Assembly: GCA_965203485.1 (NCBI GenBank)
Contig: OZ241892.1
Coordinates: forward strand, 192,001-256,000
DNA length: 64,000 nucleotides
Reading direction: 5' to 3'
DNA from: Longimicrobiales bacterium
Lineage (GTDB): Bacteria > Gemmatimonadota > Gemmatimonadetes > Longimicrobiales > Gaopeijiaceae
The translations under genes and the position numbers were made by a program. The notes beneath the pieces are model-generated. The model was not told the DNA's origin. It worked only from the letters and a program-made list of their open reading frames with translations, and searched no databases. Shown here piece after piece: positions 20,028 through 29,015 of the stretch (positions within the stretch are counted from its first letter, which is position 1; every line of letters starts with the position of its first letter).

Positions 20028-20760
20028 GTGGGCCGCCGGCTGTTTCGGCTTCGATCGTGGCGCTCGCGTTCGGCGTCGGCATGTACTTGGCGTGGGCGCG
20101 CGTGTTCCCGTGGGGAGTGGTCTCCAATGGCGCCAAGACGGGCTGTCGGTCGTGGCCGCGTGGAGGACCGACATGCCCTGGTTGCGTCGCGGACGTGCCG
20201 CCGGACAGCGCGAAGGCGCGCAGGGTGCGACCCGTGAAGGGAACGGAATTGCAGGATGCCGTCGTCCTGGTGGGCGGACGGTGGGGCATTGGCGAGCGCT
20301 GTCCCGGCGCGGACGGTTGCATGGCCGTCGAGTACACCGGTCGCGCGCAACCGCGCCGGACGTGCCCGTTCCGGACGGATGTTCTCGATGCTGTGCTGAG
20401 GGCGAACTCGCGCACGCTGGAGAAGTTTCCGGGCGTCGCCGCCATGGACTTCCTTCGGCCGCACTACGTGTCGCCGTACGCCAACGGCGACCTGCTGGTC
20501 AGCTTCGTGTGCACGGACCCGGAGCGGCTGGAGCAGTGGCGCACGCACCGCGAAGGCCGACTGTCGATCCCGACCGAACGCGCGTCGTCGCGTCGTTCAC
20601 GGAGTCGGGCCGAGCGGCGGAGGTGCGAATTGCGGACGGCGCGGTACTAGCGGATTTCGACTTCGTTCACGACACGCGGGGCTTCGAGCGCTTCCCCGCC
20701 GGCCGGAGCGTGATCCGCTTCGGAACGGGCGAAGCCTTCTACGCTCACGAGGCGCGATAG
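20028..20760 (+). pseudogene. degraded paralog of the ASST-like gene at 5712..7112
   Basis: Matching segments YLAWARVFPW, CPGADGCMAVEY, YANGDLLVSF, DPER and PDRTRVVASF lie in different frames; large central deletion. Confidence 0.8.
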
Positions 20761-20766
20761 GCGGGG

Positions 20767-22131
20767 CTAGTCCTTGTTCCCGGATCCGCGAATGCGATAC
20801 AGGCCGGGCGACTGCCGAACCATCAGCGGGCCCACGAGTATCTGGCGAGCGCGAGCGAGCGAGTATCCCTCGGCGAGCATGCGCGCCGAGAACTCGGTGC
20901 TGGCGATTACGTTCCCCGCGGCCCGCGCCAGCCGCATCCCGGCAGCCTCCGCCTCCGACAGCGGTTGTGCGTGGCGGGCGCCTTCGGCCAAGCGGACCAA
21001 CTTGCCGGACACGTCGAAGTCCGGATGGCTCGAGAGCAGCAACCGCACCACCGGAGGCGGTGGCGAGACGCCGCACCTCCGAGCGACCGCCACGGCCAGC
21101 TCGGCCGCGCTCAGCGCCTCCGCAACCGACAGCACCTTGCGCGCGGTCCGCACCAACACGTTCTCGCGGGCGGGCAGGGCCACGAGCCACCCGCTCCGCT
21201 CCCGCAACCGCCTTCCCTCGGGGGTCAACGCGGTCACGACGTCGTCGGAGCGGATGCCGTCGTCCGCTCCACCCCAGAACTTCGCCACTGCGCCCACGCG
21301 GCCGAGTTCCCTTCGCGCCACGCTCACGCGCGCCTTGAAGCGCACCGCGTACACTGCGGCGTCCGCCTCGGACCCGGGCACGACCCACTGCATGATGTCG
21401 CCGTGCCAAGCGATCTCCGGCATGAGCCGCAACCGTGCCAGGGAGGGCAGCACGCACAAGTCGGCCTCGTTCACCGACAGTCCGCGCTCGCGGCACGTCG
21501 CCACGATCGTCGCGGGCCCCGCCATGCCTCCGGCTCGCTTCACCACGGCCGCGACCGCGCAAGCGATGGGCAACCGAAGGCCGGACGAGGTCAGCAACGC
21601 GGCGTGCTGGGCGCATACTTGCCGGACGCGTTCGCGCGTCACGCCGAACTCCGCTCCCAGCGCCTCGAGCGTCGGCACGGGGCCGTGACCGGCGCCCAGC
21701 CGGCGCAGGAAGGCATCGGCGTCCCTGGCGCGCAGACCCGCCACCAAGCCGCGCACCTCCGCCGAAAGCGTCTTCGCCGAAGCGACGGCGACGACGATCG
21801 CGGCGGGCAGCAAGCGCCACGGACTGTCGGCGCCGGGGCGGGCCAGCGCCGCTATCTGCTTCGGGGACAGCGAGGCCAGCGCGCCGACCAGCTCTTGGAT
21901 GCGCGCCAGATCGCTGGGGGCCATTTCAGGCACGCTTCGGATGCGGCGCTGGCCCGCGCCCAGCACGTCGCCGAACGTGGCGTAGCCGGCCCGGGCCAGC
22001 GCGGCCGAGGCGCGGGAGCTCAAGCCGAGCGACGATACGGGCAGACCGGCGAGTTCGCGCGGCAGTCCCCTGTTGCCGCTCCGCCCCGGCGGCGTCTTGC
22101 CCTTCTCCCGCCGCCCGCCGTTCGCCACCAT
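20767..22131 (-). CDS. RNAP alpha-CTD-like + sigma70 region-4 HTH fusion protein (454 aa)
   Basis: LPVSSLGLSSRASAALARAGYATFGDV (alphaCTD-like) and PTLEALGAEFGVTRERVRQV (sigma region 4). Confidence 0.72.
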   Translation of the reverse strand: MVANGGRREKGKTPPGRSGNRGLPRELAGLPVSSLGLSSRASAALARAGYATFGDVLGAGQRRIRSVPEMAPSDLARIQELVGALASLSPKQIAALARPGADSPWRLLPAAIVVAVASAKTLSAEVRGLVAGLRARDADAFLRRLGAGHGPVPTLEALGAEFGVTRERVRQVCAQHAALLTSSGLRLPIACAVAAVVKRAGGMAGPATIVATCRERGLSVNEADLCVLPSLARLRLMPEIAWHGDIMQWVVPGSEADAAVYAVRFKARVSVARRELGRVGAVAKFWGGADDGIRSDDVVTALTPEGRRLRERSGWLVALPARENVLVRTARKVLSVAEALSAAELAVAVARRCGVSPPPPVVRLLLSSHPDFDVSGKLVRLAEGARHAQPLSEAEAAGMRLARAAGNVIASTEFSARMLAEGYSLARARQILVGPLMVRQSPGLYRIRGSGNKD

Positions 22132-22178
22132 CGCGGCCGTGCGTCCGGACCCGCCGGACAAGCTCCTGTTCTGCGGGG

Positions 22179-24776
22179 TCAAGATCCGGCGGGGTCGAGG
22201 ACGGCGTCGATGCGGGCTGCCGCGTCGCGGAAGTGCAAGCGGGTCGCACGGTCCCGCAACCGGTCCCTGGCGCCGTCCAGCTCGCCGCGCAGCAATTCCA
22301 GCTGTTCTCGAACGAACGCAGCGACGTCCGTCTCGATCGCGTCCTCGTCCTCCAGCAGCGCCTTGGCCCGCGCGAGGTAGGCGCGTTGCAAGTTGCGGCG
22401 ATAGGCGTCCGTTGCCTCGCCGCGGGCCGCCTCCGACCAAACCGTCTCCCGCAGGTCGTCGAGCATCTCGGCGAGGGCGTAGGCGTCCGACCCGTGGAAC
22501 GCCTCCTGCTCGATCAACCGCTTCATCCGGCTCACGTCGAGCACCCGGCCGAGGGCGGCGGCCTGCCGCCCACCCACTAGGTCCAGCGCTCCGTCTCCCT
22601 GAAACAGGTTGAGCAGTCCGTCGTCCAGCAACCACTGCGGCGTGGAAAACACTTGGCGGCCGAGGTACTCCATCGCGCGCTCCTGCTTTTCCTTTGACAC
22701 CATCGCGTACTGGGGACCGTCCTGTCCTTGCCGCTTGCGCGTACGAACGACTCCGCCGATGTTCGCGGTGACGTGACCCGTGTAGCGGCTCCACTGCGAA
22801 AGCACGTTGCCGTAAAGCTCCTGGAGTTGCGAGTAGTCTTCGCCTTCCTCGTAGGTCCAGTCGGCCAGCCTGTCCACGATCCGCTTCAGGTTCTCGACGC
22901 CGTAGTCCGAGGCCCGCATGGCGTCGTCGCCGATCGCTTCCGTCAGTGCGGTAGGATCGGCGCCCGTGGGGCTCGAGAAGCGATACACCGGGTCTTTCTG
23001 CATCTCCTGCACCATCTTGCGCAAGTCGTCCTGTTCCGCAACGGCGTCCTTGCCGGGGAACGGCCGGTAGCCCCATTCGACGGCAAACTCGTCGTACGGG
23101 CCGACGACGGGCATCACGCAGGTGTCGTCGCCCGGCTGCGCGACGTAGTTGAAGCGCGCATAGTCCATGATCGACGGCGCCACGCCCATCTCGCAGACGA
23201 AGCGCGTGCGCAGCCGCTCGACCGGGTACGCCGCCGAAGCTTGCATGTTGTGTTGCAGACCGATCGTGTGTCCCACCTCGTGGGCCGACACGAACCGTAC
23301 CAGCTCTCCCATTACGTCGTCGTCGAACTTGACGCCGCGCGCATCCTCGTTGACGGCCGCAGTCTGCACGAAGAACCAGTTGCGCAACAAGTTCATGACG
23401 TTGTGGTACCACTGAATGTCGCTCTCCAAGATCTCGCCGGTGCGCGGGTCGTGCACGTGCGGACCCGACGCGTTCTGGACCGGCGACGCCAAATAGCGGA
23501 TGACGGAATAGCGAGCGTCCTCCGGATGCCAGTCCGGGTCGTCCGGCGCGTCTCGGGCCACGACGGCGTTGCTGAAGCCGGCGCGCTCGAAGGCCGGTTG
23601 CCAGTCTTCGACGCCCTGCTTGAGATAGGGCACCCACTTGGGAGGCGTGGCGGGGTCGATGTAGTAGACGATCGGCTTGACCGGATCGACGAGTTCGCCG
23701 CGGGCAAAGGCATCGGGATCGCTGGGCTCGAGGCGCCAGCGGGTCACCAAGCAGCGCGTCACCGCTCGCTGCTCGTCGAGTCCGTAGTCGGTCATGCGCG
23801 TGCTGAAGAAGCCGACCCGCTCGTCGCACAGCCGCGGTTGCATCGGATCGCCGGGCAGGACGAGCATCGAGTGATGCATCTCCATCGACAGCGTGTGGCT
23901 TGCCGCGTTCGAAGGCGCTTCGGTTGCCACGTACGTGAGCACTCGCCGCACTTCCACGTTGGTGGGGAAGGCGCTGGCGCGCACGATGTAGGTGCGGTCT
24001 CCGTCGACGCGGCGCACGCCGTATTGCTCGCGGCGAAAGCCCGGCAGGCCCAGCATCGGCACGTCTTCGGTGAACAAGCCGGTCACGTCGACGACGACCG
24101 CGGACGAATCCTCCGGCATCGCTTCGACGTCGAAGGCCATCAGAATCGGATCGAAGTTCGAGTTCCTGACCGCGTCCGCGACGGCGGTCGTGTCGTCGGC
24201 CACGTTGTCGTAGCTTACTAGACGAAGCAGGATGCGGTCGTCCAGCCGCTCCCAACGGACCGTGGCCGTGTTGGCCTTGGAACCGCCGTAGCCGGCGCCG
24301 TCGGCTGTGCGCGCGATGCGGGTGAGCAACAGCATTTCGCGGCCCATCATGTCCAGCGGGATCTCGTAGAACAGGTCGCCGTCGATCATGTGCGCGTCGA
24401 AGAGGCCCTCGCTGGTCACCGCCTCGTCGGTGATCACGTCGGCGTAGGACTTCGCGTCTCCCTTGTCCTCTTCCTCTTCCTGGGCTTCCTCCTCCTGGAA
24501 CCACGCCGCCGCGGCAGGACGTGCCGGAGACGCGAGCGGCCCGGGCCGGGGAGCGTCTGCGCCGACTAGCGACGATGCGTTCGCAGCCAGCCCCGCCTTG
24601 GCCGGTTCGGGCGCCTCGGCGTCTCCCGGCGGCAAGGCGCCGGCCGCGGACGATACGGGCGCCGACAAGGCGGCTCCCGTTGCGGCGACGGCGAAAAGAA
24701 GCGAGCGGCGCCACGTCCGCGCCGGTCGTGTCCCCGCTGCCGCGGCGACGGCGAACCACAATGAACGACAGTCCAT
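22179..24776 (-). CDS. secreted zinc-dependent metalloprotease (EcxA / DUF5117-DUF4953 type)
   Basis: HEVGHTIGLQHN metzincin motif, SIMDY Met-turn, DPRTGEI, PIVYYID; signal-like N-terminus. Confidence 0.9.
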   Translation of the reverse strand: MDCRSLWFAVAAAAGTRPARTWRRSLLFAVAATGAALSAPVSSAAGALPPGDAEAPEPAKAGLAANASSLVGADAPRPGPLASPARPAAAAWFQEEEAQEEEEDKGDAKSYADVITDEAVTSEGLFDAHMIDGDLFYEIPLDMMGREMLLLTRIARTADGAGYGGSKANTATVRWERLDDRILLRLVSYDNVADDTTAVADAVRNSNFDPILMAFDVEAMPEDSSAVVVDVTGLFTEDVPMLGLPGFRREQYGVRRVDGDRTYIVRASAFPTNVEVRRVLTYVATEAPSNAASHTLSMEMHHSMLVLPGDPMQPRLCDERVGFFSTRMTDYGLDEQRAVTRCLVTRWRLEPSDPDAFARGELVDPVKPIVYYIDPATPPKWVPYLKQGVEDWQPAFERAGFSNAVVARDAPDDPDWHPEDARYSVIRYLASPVQNASGPHVHDPRTGEILESDIQWYHNVMNLLRNWFFVQTAAVNEDARGVKFDDDVMGELVRFVSAHEVGHTIGLQHNMQASAAYPVERLRTRFVCEMGVAPSIMDYARFNYVAQPGDDTCVMPVVGPYDEFAVEWGYRPFPGKDAVAEQDDLRKMVQEMQKDPVYRFSSPTGADPTALTEAIGDDAMRASDYGVENLKRIVDRLADWTYEEGEDYSQLQELYGNVLSQWSRYTGHVTANIGGVVRTRKRQGQDGPQYAMVSKEKQERAMEYLGRQVFSTPQWLLDDGLLNLFQGDGALDLVGGRQAAALGRVLDVSRMKRLIEQEAFHGSDAYALAEMLDDLRETVWSEAARGEATDAYRRNLQRAYLARAKALLEDEDAIETDVAAFVREQLELLRGELDGARDRLRDRATRLHFRDAAARIDAVLDPAGS

Positions 24777-24990
24777 CGCATTCTCCTTGCGAGTTTTTGG
24801 TGAGCAGTGAATCTAGGCGACAGGCGTTGGGCCGGGCAATTGGACGCCCGTGCTCATCCCCGGCGGCGGGACCGCCTCTGATCGAGGCGGGAGTCCGGCG
24901 CTCGACACGTTGGTCGCGCTCTTGTCCGCGCGCGCCGCTCGAACCGTTGCGTCCGCATGTGCCCTCGGCGCGTGGACGCGGGCTTTGCGG

Positions 24991-26883
24991 TCACGGGCGC
25001 GGCGGGATCAGCCATCGCACCACGCGCCCGTCTGCGCCGAGCACGCCCAAGGGACCCTTGCGGACGTCTCCGTCCAGCGAGACGATCCGCCGCGGCCCCG
25101 ACGCCCGCCCGGACGAGGCGGCCGACAGGCGGAACGCGTCCGCCGCCGCGTAGGCGACTTCGGCGTAGCCCAAGTCCTCCATCGCGGCGATCGTCACGGC
25201 ACTGAGCGGGTTCGGTTTGCCGGCGTCGATCAGCCCCGTTAGGAGTTCATCGCCGAAGACGGACTCGCGCCAGTGCACGTTCCGGGTGCCGACGCCGTAC
25301 CGGTTTTCCACCGGCACCTTGCTGCCGGCATGGTCCGTGCCTCCGGCCGCGTCGAACTCGCGGACGGCAATCGCTCCCGCGAAGTGCGTGTCGGCGGTCC
25401 CCGATGCGTCTTCGGCGGCTCCGCGCAACAGCCCGTGGTAGCGCCAGAGCGTGCCGAAGCCCAGCACGTGGGCCACCTCGTGCAGCAACGTCCCGAACAG
25501 ATGACCGGACTCGTTCAGCCCGGCGACGTCCGCCTCGTCCAACGACAGCACGCCGACCGCGGGCAGACCGTTGCTCTCGCGCAGAAAGCACGGACCCGCC
25601 GACGCGATGACGCCGCCCGGCCCGTCGGCTTCCTCGACGACGGCGAAGACGAGCACGTCGTCCACCTTCCGAACCGGCGGATGCTCCATCGCGTCGGTGC
25701 ACCGCGCCAAGTCCGCGCCGCCGACGGCCACGGGCGCCAAGTTGCCCCGGATCGCCGCCTCCCAGCGCGCCTCGGCGGCCTCGAACGCTTGGCGCAGCTC
25801 GGGCGCAAGCCGGGACGGACGCGCGTGCACCAGGCGCACGTCGAACGAAGGAGGGATGCCCACTGCCGAGAACATCACCCGCGTGCCGGCGAATTCCGCG
25901 CCGCCGGTTGCCGCGGTCGCCTCGAGAGCGTGCTGCGGACCCAGCTCGTGCCCGACGGTCCACTCGTCCGGCTCGGCCTGTCCGGCGCTGTCCGTGACCT
26001 GCTCGGCCCCGGTAACGCGGCCGCTCCCCTTGGCGACGGCGAACGCCACGCGCACGCCGGGCACGCCGTTGCCGTACGCGTCGTCCACTCTCACGCGCGG
26101 GGCCACCAGCGCGGGCGAACCGGCTTCGACTTCCTGGCCGTCCCCGGCCGCCGCCGCCATCGACGTGGGCGGCCCCGGCGCGGCAATGGCGCGCACCGTG
26201 GCTGGATTGCCGGCGATTCCGCCGCCCGGCACGGCCGCCAACAGCTCCTGGGGGCCCGCGACCGGGCCCAGCGTCCACGCGCCCGGCGACGCCTCGCCCC
26301 GCCCGGAAGTCACCGCCTGCGCCCCCTCGACCGCGCCGTTGCGCGCAATGAACGCCACCGCGACGCCCTCCAACGGAGCCCCGTCTGCGTCCAGCACGCG
26401 CACGGCCGGCCGAACCCGCACCGGCTGGCCCACCATTCCGGCTTGGCCGTCGCCCGCAACGATGCGCACGGCGGCGGGCGCTCCGGTCGCGACGGCGGCG
26501 AACACCGCCGGCGACAAGCCGTCCACGATCGCCTCGAGGCGCTGGGCGCCCACGGCTTCGCCCAGCGTCCACGCGCCTGCCGACGCTCTTCCGCCCGTCG
26601 CCGTCTTGACTTGCCCGAACTCCACTTCTCCCGACCCGGACGCCGGACGAAACGTCACGTCCACGCCCGCGACCCCGTCGCCGTCCGCGCCGACGACCCT
26701 GACCACCAGTTCCACCGGCAACGCGCGTCCGGCTCGTCCCTTCTGCCCGCCGCCGGACTCGGCCAGCACGGCCACCGGAGCCGCGGGAGCGGCCGTGCCC
26801 GAGCCGCCGTCGCATCCGAGAACGGGCGCCGCGAGCCCCGTCGCGACGATCCGCCAGGAGGCTCGGAGGCGCGCGGCGCTCAC
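24991..26883 (-). CDS. lipoprotein with Big_1-like Ig repeats and leishmanolysin (M8)-like zinc protease domain
   Basis: VLGC lipobox-like; three GDGQ..V.F..WTLG repeats; HEVAHVLGFG, HWRESVFGDELL. Confidence 0.82.
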   Translation of the reverse strand: MSAARLRASWRIVATGLAAPVLGCDGGSGTAAPAAPVAVLAESGGGQKGRAGRALPVELVVRVVGADGDGVAGVDVTFRPASGSGEVEFGQVKTATGGRASAGAWTLGEAVGAQRLEAIVDGLSPAVFAAVATGAPAAVRIVAGDGQAGMVGQPVRVRPAVRVLDADGAPLEGVAVAFIARNGAVEGAQAVTSGRGEASPGAWTLGPVAGPQELLAAVPGGGIAGNPATVRAIAAPGPPTSMAAAAGDGQEVEAGSPALVAPRVRVDDAYGNGVPGVRVAFAVAKGSGRVTGAEQVTDSAGQAEPDEWTVGHELGPQHALEATAATGGAEFAGTRVMFSAVGIPPSFDVRLVHARPSRLAPELRQAFEAAEARWEAAIRGNLAPVAVGGADLARCTDAMEHPPVRKVDDVLVFAVVEEADGPGGVIASAGPCFLRESNGLPAVGVLSLDEADVAGLNESGHLFGTLLHEVAHVLGFGTLWRYHGLLRGAAEDASGTADTHFAGAIAVREFDAAGGTDHAGSKVPVENRYGVGTRNVHWRESVFGDELLTGLIDAGKPNPLSAVTIAAMEDLGYAEVAYAAADAFRLSAASSGRASGPRRIVSLDGDVRKGPLGVLGADGRVVRWLIPPRP

Positions 26884-29015
26884 CGCGACTCCCTCCGGGC
26901 GGCGGCCGGCTTGGCGCTCGGCGACGCCCGTGGAAGCGCGGCGGGGTCGTTCGCCGGGGACGTCCCGCTGGCGGCGGCGACCGCCCAAGGCGCCAAGGTC
27001 GGCCGGTCCGGACCGCCGGCGCGGCTCACTGCGCCGGTCTTGGCGTCCAGCACGCGCCGGGGCAGGGCCAGCCCGTCGTCCCCCAGCCAGAGCCAGCGGG
27101 TCGCCGCTTCCGTCGGCAGCCCGGCGCCGCCCGCGCTCGGGCCGGGCAATGCGTAGTCGTCCGCCACGCTCAAGTCCACGTCGCGATAGCCGGCGTCGCG
27201 CATCGTGGCCAGCGTCACGACGCTGAGTGGGTTGGGACCGCCCGCCCGCACGACCTCCGTGAGAAGCTCCGGTCCGAACACCGACGCTCGCCAGTGAAGG
27301 TTCCCTTCCGCCTCCGAGACTGGATCAAGGGGGGTGCCGGCGCCCGCAACGACGCTTCCTCCGAGCGACTTGAACGCGGACAGCGCCTCCGAGCCCGTGA
27401 AGTAGAGGCCCGACGGCGCACCGACGGCGCCTCCCAGCAAGTCCTTGCCCCGCCACAGCGTCGTGCCGAAGCCGAGCGCGTGGGCCAGCTGGTGCCGCGC
27501 CAAGTCGGCCAGGGTCGCCGCCGACAGCGTCGGGACGTCGGCGGCATCGAACACGACCACCGAGATCGCCGGCCAGACTTCGCCCTCGTCCGTCAAGGCC
27601 CAGCACCACCCGGACCGCGCCAACGTGCCGCCCGGCCCGTCCAGAGGCGCCGCCACCGAAAAGACCAGGTGGTCGTCGATCACGAACCGGGCCGGGAGGC
27701 CCATCCAGGCCGCTTCGTCGTCGGAAAAGCAGCGCGCGACGGTCTCACGGCGCCAGAAGAGGCCCAGCACGTCCGCTTCGACGACGGACTGCCAAGTCGC
27801 TCGCGCGTCGTCAAGCGCGGCCACGAGCGCGGGGACGGGTTCGGGGAGGTGGAGAACTTCGATGTCGAAGTCGGCGGCTTCGGGTGCGGCCGCGATCGTG
27901 GCGGAAGCGCCGGTCACGGCCGAGCCCACCGACAAGATCGTGGCCGTGAGCGCGTTGCGCGCGCCTGCGGTCGGGCCCATCACCCAGCGGTCCACGACCG
28001 CCACGCCGCGCCCGTCCGTGTATACGACCGAGTCCATGACCCGTCCGCCGCCCGAAGCCTCGACGCCCACTGCCACCCAGGGCACCCCGTTGCCGTGAAC
28101 GTCCGTGACCCGCAGCGTCGCCGGGGGCCAGTAGTAGCGGTCCACTTCCGGTTCCGCCGCACCCGGCCGCAACGCGAACTGCGCCGGCAGCGCAGGCGTG
28201 GCGGTGGCGCGAAAGACCACCGGGTTGTTCGCGATGCCGCTCCCCGCGACGCCCGCGAGCAGCCGTTGCGGCCCCGCGGCCGGACCCAGCCTCCAGACGC
28301 CTGGGGACGCGCGCCCGGCGTCGTCCGTGTAGACTTGTCCCTGTCCGACGCTTCCCTGGTCGGCGGCGAACGTCACGAGCACGAACGGCGCCGGCTCCCC
28401 GTCCGCTTCAAGGACCCGCACCGCGGGCGCCGTCGGCGTCGCCGATGCGACCTCCGCCGCCTGTCCGTCGCCCGCAACGACGACGATTGCGGCCGGATCG
28501 CCCGCCGCCCCGGCGCTGAAGAACACCGGATCGAGCCCGGCCGCGGCCGCTTCCAGGCGCTGTCTTCCCTTGGCGCCCAGCGTCCAGCGGCCCGCCGCCG
28601 CCGTTCCGTCCGCGCCGGTGGCCGCCGACTGGGATGCGACGCTCCCGCCGCCCTGCACGACTCGGAACGTCACGGCGACGCCGGCGACGCCCGCTCCCGA
28701 GGCGGCCACCGCCTTCACCGACGGCTCCACCGCGACGGGCTCGCCAGCGGCCGCCACTTGCTCGGCGCCCGCCTCGACCACAAGCGCGACAGGAGCCTCC
28801 GAGTCCGGTCCCGTTCCCGAGTCGCACGCGCCCAGGCCCAGCACGAGCAACGCGCGGGCGCGACGGGCGCAACGCGCGCGCAAGTTCCTTCCGCTTCCCG
28901 TGTCGCCGCAGGAAAGGTCCGGCCCAGGTTGCTCGTCGGCGCGACGGGCGTGCAGTCTCCGCCCGCCGCCCTGTCCGCCGCCGCCGGGACGCGTTTGGTG
29001 CGGCGGGCGGCTCAT
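26880..29015 (-). CDS. paralogous Ig-repeat M8-like lipoprotein, catalytic Glu replaced by Gln (alternative TTG start 28883)
   Basis: LGLGAC lipobox, Ig repeats, HQLAHALGFG, HWRASVFGPELL; its stop overlaps the downstream GTG. Confidence 0.8.
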   Translation of the reverse strand: MSRPPHQTRPGGGGQGGGRRLHARRADEQPGPDLSCGDTGSGRNLRARCARRARALLVLGLGACDSGTGPDSEAPVALVVEAGAEQVAAAGEPVAVEPSVKAVAASGAGVAGVAVTFRVVQGGGSVASQSAATGADGTAAAGRWTLGAKGRQRLEAAAAGLDPVFFSAGAAGDPAAIVVVAGDGQAAEVASATPTAPAVRVLEADGEPAPFVLVTFAADQGSVGQGQVYTDDAGRASPGVWRLGPAAGPQRLLAGVAGSGIANNPVVFRATATPALPAQFALRPGAAEPEVDRYYWPPATLRVTDVHGNGVPWVAVGVEASGGGRVMDSVVYTDGRGVAVVDRWVMGPTAGARNALTATILSVGSAVTGASATIAAAPEAADFDIEVLHLPEPVPALVAALDDARATWQSVVEADVLGLFWRRETVARCFSDDEAAWMGLPARFVIDDHLVFSVAAPLDGPGGTLARSGWCWALTDEGEVWPAISVVVFDAADVPTLSAATLADLARHQLAHALGFGTTLWRGKDLLGGAVGAPSGLYFTGSEALSAFKSLGGSVVAGAGTPLDPVSEAEGNLHWRASVFGPELLTEVVRAGGPNPLSVVTLATMRDAGYRDVDLSVADDYALPGPSAGGAGLPTEAATRWLWLGDDGLALPRRVLDAKTGAVSRAGGPDRPTLAPWAVAAASGTSPANDPAALPRASPSAKPAAARRESR

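Noticed and set aside
22132..24759. 1330-aa giant protein (ORF 20767..24759)
   Set aside because: The upstream two-thirds is an alternative frame of the metalloprotease gene; only 20767..22131 looks coding
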